A DNA stretch of 20,000 nucleotides from Neophaeotheca triangularis (lineage: Eukaryota). The notes below the pieces were generated by a model. The model saw nothing but the letters and a program-made list of their open reading frames with translations. It did not search any database and was not told the DNA's origin. Positions 1 to 8,250 of this stretch are shown here, piece after piece; the stretch's first letter is position 1, and every line of letters starts with the position of its first letter. Position numbers and translations under genes: made by a program. The stretch is taken from NCBI GenBank assembly GCA_054600435.1, contig BAAIJX010000026.1, positions 301,830 to 321,829 of the forward strand, given 5' to 3'.

Positions 1-381
1 TACCTTAGACGTAGGGAGGTGCATTTACGGGAACATTGAGCCCCCCAAGAACAAACTTGTCATATTCAGTGCTCTTGCCACGCCGTATTAATTGGAAGGA
101 GAATGGGGCCACGCTAGTCGCTTGAGGAAGGGGCTGCGGTATTGTTCAAGACGCGTCTTCAGCGGCTGCCTCCCGCGCCTCGATGCCTCGCCTTGCTTCT
201 TCGTTTTTCATCACATCCCTTCTCCCTCTCCAGACACGCCGCCATCCATCCACACATTAATTTCACGCATTATTCCGATGTAAAATGCCAGCGTCAGGAC
301 CACATCCACCAGCTGGTCGTAGCCACATCCTCTCATATCTTGCTAACAGAGCTCATCGCCCCTGGCTCAAACATCCATGAG

Positions 382-457
382 GTCAGTCTCAAATATCATC
401 AGTCCCCTCACCGTCTTCAAATCACGCTCCCCTTTCATCTACTAATGATCGTTATAG
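382..457 (+). other. Putative intron (76 nt) of an unidentified plus-strand transcript
   Basis: GTCAGT donor at 382, CTAAT branch at 442-446 and TATAG acceptor ending at 457. A further GCTAACAG branch/acceptor signal sits at 342-349. Confidence 0.35.
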
Positions 458-1129
458 GAACCCTTCTGCCGTAGCCGCGCCACGTCAACTACCCAACGTC
501 TGTTCAGGGCCGGCTTTCATGTACCTCTCTTATCCTCCGAAAGATCGCTCACCGCTGCTACACTCGAATCTCACAAGAGAAGCTCAATCTCCGCACCATC
601 CGAGTAGTCCGTCCAGGAGCAAAGAGCTTGGATCATTCGGTTGGGGCATGGATGTCTGGTTCTGTCATGCTCCATGGACCATCTGCCGACAGCTGACAAC
701 GATCGACTGCTTCATTTGTCACTCAGTCCCGGAGTCGCTGTCAAGAGAACCTCGAGGGCCACGCGTAACCTGCGGGCTTGCCGCGGATCATGACTAGTAT
801 CTTTACTGTGATGGCCCCCAGCGTGAGATCATTTACTTGATGCTCTTTCAGGCTCGGTAAGCTAGTCCCGTCACCGCCTCGGAAGGGTCTTTCTAACACT
901 CCAACAGCAACCAGCGGAGCGACAGTAATACATATACTTGGTCTCCTTCCACCGGACGATTGCGTGTCTGCGAGACATGGGTCCCAGCCTAACTGGCCGA
1001 CGGTTCCCTCGGACCGCCCACTCGTCTTGATCACGGTCATCACATCGCTTGATGCGTCGGCCAACTCATCCCTTCCATCGCAGCTTTCCTCCCCATAGCT
1101 ACCTCCGCTATCTTGTCGTCGGTTCAGTT

Positions 1130-1460
1130 GTTACTCTCAAGTGGCTTTTGCTGCTGAGCCTATCCTTGTTCGGAACAACATCTCGTGCGATACGGCCTTA
1201 TGAACAACTCGGCATCGGGCCCGAGGCCTCTCTCAGCACAAACCAGAGCTTCGCCGCCGGATGCGAGCCGTGACGCTGGCACCAGCGATATCACTTACTA
1301 CGCCCCTGACCTCGGCTCGTGCGGCGGGAGTCACGGCGCTTTCGACAATATTGTCGCTCTCTCCCACGTTATCACGACCACCCAGAACGGAGGCAACCCC
1401 AACAACAGCCCTCTGTGCGGCTCGACCATCACCACCCACTACAGGGCTATGAGACACTAG
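1130..1460 (+). pseudogene. Truncated RlpA-like double-psi beta-barrel (expansin-like/Asp f 7-type) secreted protein relic
   Basis: DITYYAPDLGSCG...DNIVALSH......NGGNPNNSPLCGSTIT.HY matches the fungal DPBB N-terminal half. It ends at TAG 1458-1460 and lacks the D-x-C-x-x-C...DLS half. A hydrophobic signal-like stretch (KWLLLLSLSLFG) lies upstream in a different frame. Confidence 0.7.
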
Positions 1461-1790
1461 GCTGCAACCCGTGCGATACGGCCTTAATACAAGTCGTCAG
1501 CGCGTCGGTGCGGACGTGCACAGATACTACGACTGGATGGACTTCCGGTCACATCTACCTCGTGTGACAAGACCTCATGAAGACCTCGGAATCGGCAGCT
1601 CGGTTTTTGGGCCCAGCTACCACCACCACCAAACTTGTCTGTCATTCTTATCCCTTCCACCCACTTACCACATTCTTTACACCACAAACGCTTGCAAACC
1701 ACTGCTATACAGCACCTTCCGTTTCACACCAAAAAGACAACCAATCACACACCCCGGTCCCCCACGACAGCCAACGGAACTTTCACCAAG

Positions 1791-2330
1791 ATGGCGCCAT
1801 CACTATGGCGGCCTCCGCTGTCTCCACCCGCGACGAGTGTAGCGGCTCGTGCGATACGACCTTATGGAACATCCGCCAGCAATGGCACTCTTGTTGCAGA
1901 CGCTCTTCTGCTACAACGCTGCAACGGGATTGGCCTTTCGGTTTTCTCCACCTCTTGCGTCGACGCGACGCCCAGCCTATGGGCGCCTTGGCCACGGGCG
2001 CCATAGGCGACAAACGCGGCACCGTGGACATCACCGAGGCGGCGACGGTCATCGAGACCGTCGTCGTCACCCACACTGTCTGGGTCGACCCTCAACCAAC
2101 GCGGCACTGTGGACGTCACCGAGACCGCGAGGGTCATCAAGACCGTCGCCGTCACCCACACTGTCTGGGTCGACCCTCAACCAACGCCGCACTGTGGACG
2201 TCACCGAGACCGCGAGGGTCATCAAGACCGTCGCCATCACCCGCACTGTCTGGGTCGAGCCTCAACCCACTCGCGCCCGCCACGGCCACGGCCGCAGCTA
2301 CCTTGTCGGTGCGTGGGCAAGGTTTTGAGG
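1791..2330 (+). pseudogene. Degenerate N-terminal region of a secreted Thr/Val-rich protein (probably Asp f 7/RlpA-like family)
   Basis: KRGTVDITEAATVIETVVVTHTVWVDPQPT resembles the KR + 'TVT...TVWV' leader of fungal secreted wall proteins. It shares the RAIRPY motif with the upstream relic and is split across several frames. Confidence 0.4.
2013..2270 (+). repeat. Tandem repeat, 3 x 85 bp
   Basis: Equivalent positions at 2021, 2106 and 2191 (AC(C/T)GTGGAC(A/G)TCACCGAG...CACTGTCTGGGTCGA(C/G)CCTCAACC). Copies 2 and 3 are nearly identical. Confidence 0.95.
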
Positions 2331-2993
2331 GCGGAAGTGGCTCTTTCAAAGGACACTTTAGGGGTTCTGATAGCTTAATGTAATCAAGATTGGGTTTTTG
2401 CGAATGCCCATCACTGCGTCATGTCAAGGAGGTTGCATCGTCTTCGACTGTGACATTTTGTTATCTCTACCTAGGTACCTAGGTATTTACTGTAGACCTT
2501 TCTCAGCTTTGCACAAGAGCAATAATTCGGCCGCTGACAGTCTGATAGTCTACTAGGTGGCGCTTGCTTTTTTCAGGCTTACCAGGTACCTAAGTAGCTT
2601 TGGAGATGGAAGATTTGAATGGACCCACCGATCAACCGACCCACAACTACTTTCTCCACATTCAAGAAGGGTAATTCATCACTTCATCTTGTCTGTGACT
2701 GAATTTTTATTCATCTCCCGTCACTGAGCCGATCTACACCAATCGAATCCCAGCGTTATGCATGAGATCAGAGGCAATCAGCATGGCTCGATCAGCAAGA
2801 AGGGAATGTCCCATTTCAAGAACCTGCCGACGATAACTACCTTGCGCCGCACATTATGAGACATCCCCTTGCTGCGCGAGAAGTTCTGCAAGAAGTCTGC
2901 AAGAAACAACACCGTGCGGATTGCGTGGACGATAGAGAGCCATGCATCTTTGGGCCTAACACCGTCACCGATTGTGGATAATAACTTGAATGT

Positions 2994-3138
2994 TAGAAGG
3001 AGACTTTTGAAACAGGAAAACAACGCAGGACGCCCCTGCTAGCCACATAACTTGGATGTTCAGTTGGACTGAGAATCGGGGAAGTGTGGCTAGCAGGGGC
3101 GTCCTGCGTCGTTTTCCTGTTTCAAAAGTCTCCTTCTA
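2994..3138. repeat. Inverted repeat: 54-bp arms (2994-3047, 3085-3138), 37-nt spacer, 1 mismatch
   Basis: TAGAAGGAGACTTTTGAAACAGGAAAAC(A/G)ACGCAGGACGCCCCTGCTAGCCACA and its reverse complement, read directly from the sequence. Confidence 0.97.
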
Positions 3139-3672
3139 TTCCTCGGTGAGACCTTGCACTCGTTCAGCAAAGTCGTCGTTTCTCTTGGCCTTCTCTTTGC
3201 CTGCTCTTGATCCTGCTCCTGTCGGCGTCCTAGTACTCTCCTCACACGCGAGGGCACTATTGGGATCGAGAATTTGCGCATAGGCGGCTTTACCAACCGT
3301 TTGGGGATCGATTGAGACAGAGAAGCATGGCTTGCTCCCTAAAGACGCGGTTGGCTCCGTGCTAAGTGTATCTTCGCTGACAGGTCAGAGTCATTGGGGA
3401 TCCGATCCTTTGCCTTTACGAGGAGCGCAGTGGTTGGAGAATCCATCGCATATTATGAGGTCCAGTTGGCGCAGGCTTGCGAAGGCTTTGTAGATCGCGT
3501 CGATGGATCAATCTAGCGTCTTGAGAGTTTGGTAGGGGGACGATTGGTCGATGCTTTTCCTATATATCTTGCTGCGAAGATGATTGTCAGTAGGGTCTCC
3601 CAGGGAAATATCGATGGAGTCTAGACGCACCGTCCGTCCTGACCATGGCAAGATGCGCCGATGCTGGCTCCT

Positions 3673-3767
3673 CTGATTCGTAAATGTTAATAGGGGTATG
3701 CAGTGTGACAGTTTCGCTGCATCGTGAACAACGATAGACTCGATCAATCTACTCATCGTTCACTTAC
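3673..3767 (-). other. Putative spliceosomal intron (95 nt) of an unidentified minus-strand transcript or gene relic
   Basis: On the minus strand: GTAAGT donor (3767), TATTAAC branch-like site and ATCAG acceptor (3673). Flanking frames contain stops and have no recognisable product. Confidence 0.4.
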
Positions 3768-3969
3768 GCATTCTCTTCATTTGCATTCTCACCGGCGCTC
3801 CAAGTGAAGCATGCCAAGGCAATGATGTCGCTGTCGCTAAGCAAAAGCACTGACCATGCTCGCACACACAAAACCGCGCTCCCCTCCCGATTTGTTTCCT
3901 CTTCCTCTTCCCAACCTCGACATCCATTTTGCACAGCTTTTTCAACCTCCATCCACACACCACCTCACA

Positions 3970-4053
3970 GTAAGTATCTTTCGCTGTCAGCACACAGTAC
4001 AGCTCTCTCATCGCACATTCTATATGCCAATGTATTAACAAACATTCTCTCAG
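3970..4053 (+). other. Putative spliceosomal intron (84 nt) directly upstream of the repeat array
   Basis: GTAAGT at 3970, TATTAAC branch-like site at 4033-4039 and TTCTCTCAG ending at 4053. A CT-rich tract lies upstream (about 3880-3912) and an ATG follows at 4076. Confidence 0.55.
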
Positions 4054-4088
4054 GCCGACACCTCACATCGTATAAATGTCACTGGACA

Positions 4089-5031
4089 CTGGAGTTTCAA
4101 TTCGACCTGCCCAAATTCAAGCTACGTATACAGCTTGGCCAATGTCTCTGTTCTACCTTGCCCTGTTTCAGCAAACACACAATAACAGCCACTTCAGCAT
4201 ACCTCCGGACCACGACATTGCCTCCACTCCCACAAGAACATCCTCGCCCTGAGCGCATCGCCACCTCCTGGAGTTTCAATTGACCTGCCAAAAGCCAAGT
4301 TGAGTCAGCTTGGCCGAAGTCTCTGTCCCTGTGCCCACGTCTGAAGAAACACATGATAACAAATGCATCAGATCGGTCTCCACTCTCGATCCACGAGACG
4401 TTTTCGCACCCTCCAAGTTCACCATGATCTCGCCTCCGCCTACTGGAGTTTCAATTGACCTGCCGAAAGCCAAGTTGAGTTCAACTTGGCCCAAGTCTCT
4501 GTCTCTCCAGCCATGGTTTGCAAGACATGTAATAACAACTTTCCAGATGCCCTTCCAGCTTTAACAGCAAGCCTAAGGCCGCCATCGACCGCGGCATTCG
4601 ACACACAGAGGAGGATTGAGGATTGACCAAGTGCCACAAGCCAAGTTGAGTCCCAGCTTGGCCAACGTCTCTGTCTTACCTACCCTGCTTCGGGAACAAC
4701 ATGATGACAAGCGCTCAGGCACCCTCCAATCTTCGAACATCAACTCAAGCCCGCTCTCGACCGCGACATTCAACACACGGAGGAGGAAGAGAAATTGACC
4801 AGGTGCTACAAGCCAAGTTGAGTCCCAGCTTGGCTAATGTCTCTGTCTTACCAGCCCCAGTTGGGGAACAGCATGATGACAAACAATCTAGGCACCTTTT
4901 CAACCTCAACAGTCACCCTGTTGCTGCTTTCGAGCGCTTTCGACCTGAGCTTGCCGACTGGGTATGGAGGAGGATGGGAGTTGACCAGGTGCCACAGGCC
5001 AAGTTGAGTTCCAATTTGGCCATTGTCTCTG
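4089..5031 (+). repeat. Six-unit diverged tandem array (period 171-186 bp) with a conserved palindromic core GCCAAGTTG-loop-CA(G/A)CTTGGC
   Basis: Core starts at about 4116, 4294, 4469, 4640, 4812 and 4998. Each is preceded by TTGACC (TCGACC in copy 1) and followed by GTCTCTG. The intervening sequence is much more diverged. Confidence 0.92.
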
Positions 5032-6179
5032 AATTCACTGGCATAATTGATGGACACAAGATAACAACTTCACAGATTGGCTCCCTAGCTGCCCTTCTCA
5101 GGGATGTGCTGCCAACCCATCCGGCATTGCCGAAGACTTTCTTTCATCATGACATTGGCTTTTTGACCAGTGTGTGGAGAAGGACATTGTTTCTACTCGA
5201 CCGTACGATATCAAGACTTTTTATGTAGCCCTTGCCTCTGTGTTCTTATTGAATTGATGAGGTAGATCCATGCAGCACAAATTTCGGCAGACCTTCGTTC
5301 TGTTATTGATTTTTGGTAGCGGACGGTGCGTCGCTTATTATCCACGTGCGCTCAAATTAGGGGGAAGGCCTTCGATGCTCTACATCTATACCATACGCAA
5401 TCTGTCTGTCCGACTCCTTGAGAACGCAGCCCCCAACACCTCATTAACGCTAACTTCTACGTTCGCCATTCTGCCTTCGCAATTTTGTGGAACCTATTTC
5501 TCTCCTTCGACAACCGTGTCTTACATTCTCAATACAAGCCTCCAACCTATCCACAGCCGACTGTCACGTCTACGTAATCATGTCATGCTCCACCCACTGT
5601 AGCGCTCCGTGCGTGCTTCATCAGACATTGCACTTCTGATAGAGTCTTCATCGATATGATCTGCTTTTACGTGCTTCTGCGTGGCCTTGCTACTCTGGAG
5701 ACGGCCTTTTGCTATGCTTGTAGTTGAGTAAAAGGTCCAGGATTGTCTCGGGCAAGGCGAGTAGTCAATGCAAGGGTGTTCGGACTACGGCAAAGAATCC
5801 TTGCCAAATTAAAGAAGGACTGAGACTATGTCGTTGATCAAGAGGGTCACCAGTAAAGTATGGCCGTAATCGATGTGATCCCGGGGGGCGGTGTTAATTT
5901 TTGCAAAATTAACCATATCAGGTGTGGGTCTCCTTTTGTCGAACAATGGCCTCCAAGACGACGGATGTTCCGGTCTTTGATAAGATTCAAACGTTCGTCT
6001 GTGATCGTGAATTGAGAGTGTAACAGTAGTGCTTTCTTCATCGTCGCTGGCAGACCGTGCTGCTTTGAAAGCCTTAACACCAAGGCAAAGCTCTCCTGAG
6101 CACGGTCGTTATTCTAATGTGACTATTCCCACAGCCGCCGTTCCGTCGAAGCAGACTATGATCACGCGCACTTACAGTA

Positions 6180-7372
6180 TCAACAACGACCACAAGGCCA
6201 TCGTCCGAAGCAGCGACAACAAGAAAACCACAACATGTCGTAAAGAAGGATAACAGCGACAGCAACAGCCTGTGAGTTCGCCTACAACCACCTAGCTTAG
6301 ACCCTACAACCAAATTGACCGCAGGGAGACACGGGAGTTCATTTCAGAGCAGGAGGATCAGGGGCCGTATGGCAAACTTGTTGTTGAGCCCAAGCTCTTC
6401 GATCAGCAAATACGCCTTTAAAGTCCAGCCTTGAGCCTGGCCAGTGTCCGTACGGTGAGCACTATTCCGAACGACATGGGTGCCGTCTGGCCCACGCGGA
6501 GATTGTCTTGCGAAAGCTAGCTCGGCGGCGGCGTCTTGACAAGTTTGGCCACACGCCTTCAGGGGTGTGCTCCATAGACCGAAGCCAGGTCATGGCATGT
6601 TGTCTGAAACAAGGCCCTTTGAGAAATACTGGGTGAGCGCCCGGGGTTTCTGCTTCTCTATAAAAGCGTGTACCTTCGGTCTTCGTGGCTCGCTTGTGCT
6701 CCCCCCGCCCCCGTACGGTCAGAACGCTCTGTAGTGTTCTGACGGTACAAAGAGCGGCGTGTACTATACCACTGTCGCCTGTCGATCAAATATCATGCCA
6801 CTAACTCCGTTTCCAGTTGTCTGAAAATTTTGGATCGCGCCTATCGGCCAGTCTCTGGTGTATCAGCATACATGTACTGTGCGGCACCGCATCGCAATGT
6901 CAATGACGAGCTGATCCATGATGGCTTCGACGCCCAGGGCAACAATACCAGCCAGAGGCTACCAGAACGCCGATCAATCCTGCGCACACGGTTATTCTTA
7001 CTTGCCGATCACAATCATTCCAAAACAAAATGGACGCTCGCTGTAAGATGAACAGCGCCAGAGTTGTGCACATTATGCTCGGAAAGTCGGAGGTTGTCCC
7101 ATGGTGCTGGTACACGACCACGGGCACGCAGCCTTTGCGAACAACTCGCACAAGCCTGGGACGAAGAGTTTCCTTCCAGGGTTCGAAAATCTGGTTTCAT
7201 ACATTGTGCTCGGGACCGTGTAGAGCATTCCATAAGCTTCCCGGCATGTCGAAGAAAGGCCACGTCAAGGGGGCTTCCGCAGAGAGGCCAGAGACACCTC
7301 CGTCCCAAACAACAACGTCGCGAACCCGATCCACCAAACCCAAGAACTCAACCTCGTCCTCTGGGTAAGTAG
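6180..7372 (+). pseudogene. Spliced gene relic, possibly with a degenerate Ulp1-like (peptidase C48) region
   Basis: Canonical-looking introns at 6272-6324 (GTGAGT..TTGAC..GCAG) and 6633-6816 (GTGAGC..CTAAC..CCAG). The second joins open frames in phase, and the frame then runs to 7372 with one TGA (7049-7051). VNDELIH and HNHSKTKWTLAV weakly resemble the Ulp1 LND..I and HW.L motifs. Confidence 0.3.
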
Positions 7373-8250
7373 GTAAGGTAAGGCAGGTAAGTAGCAACCC
7401 CCCCCCTCGCGGGACCCAGCCCAGACGTCCAAACAACCACAACGCTAGGCCCAAGCCTAAAAAACGCTATTGCAATTTAGCGAAAACCGCTAGCCCGACT
7501 CGGCTAGCCCGCGATAGGAGTCAAGACTTCTGTCCGGGCGAAACTCAGGGAATAGTGTGCTGGGGTGCGGGTGAAGCTATTGCGTGCTTTGCTCGAAACG
7601 TCGCGGGATCGGTCGGCATGGAGCTACCTAGTGAGAGTCTTGAGGGCCAGAGGGTGGGAGTTGATGCGTTAGGCTCGGAGTTGGTGTTGTCTTTGCGACA
7701 GCGAGTTGGGATAGGAGCGGGCGAGCGGGGCGGGAGGTCGGGTCGGTTGGACATGGGACGGGGGTGGGGGGTTGATGTTTGGAGAGGGTTCCGAAGCTCG
7801 AGAGCTTTTGTCTAGAGCCCGGGGATGTTTACTGCTACAATGTCGGTCGCGCAGCGCTGCACAAAGTCAGGACTGGCTAAGCTTTGATACATAGCTCTGA
7901 TCAACCACTGCCAAAAGCCCGTCGAAACAAGAAGAGTGCAAGACTCGATGTCACGGAGAATGATATTTGACAAATCTATACCCCGCCCACGCACGGTACC
8001 TAGCTGAGAAAGCCTTCTCGAAACTTTCCAAACCCCATAAGCCCGAGCCCCTTTCCAACCGGGTTACCGCAAGTATCCAATCCCAAAACCAATGGAGAGA
8101 AAACAGCAAGAGCCAAAACAAGAAGCCCTCTTCGTGTAAAGAACCCAGAAAGCGACCGCTCCCTGTGGCAAAACCGAGAGATCCAAAGCCATTAATGCAA
8201 TCAAGCCGGCACAAGAATCCAAAGCAAAATCAGCGAACATCCAGTCCCCA

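Noticed and set aside
4089..5031. Calling the hairpin array a CRISPR array
   Set aside because: The context is eukaryotic with no cas genes. Spacers are about 130 bp and show residual similarity to one another (e.g. CATGATGACAA, GAGGAGGA), which indicates whole-unit duplication rather than acquired spacers.
5893..5913. AT-rich near-palindrome GTTAATTTTTGCAAAATTAAC
   Set aside because: Single, short and low complexity, with no supporting context.
6599..6826. 11-bp direct repeat GTTGTCTGAAA (6599, 6816) as a transposon target-site duplication
   Set aside because: There are no terminal inverted repeats inside, and about one such match is expected by chance in 20 kb.
7395..7781. C-rich and G-rich ends as terminal inverted repeats of a MITE
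   Set aside because: Only short patchy complementarity (CAACCCCCC, GTCCA, AGCCTAA), explainable by compositional skew.
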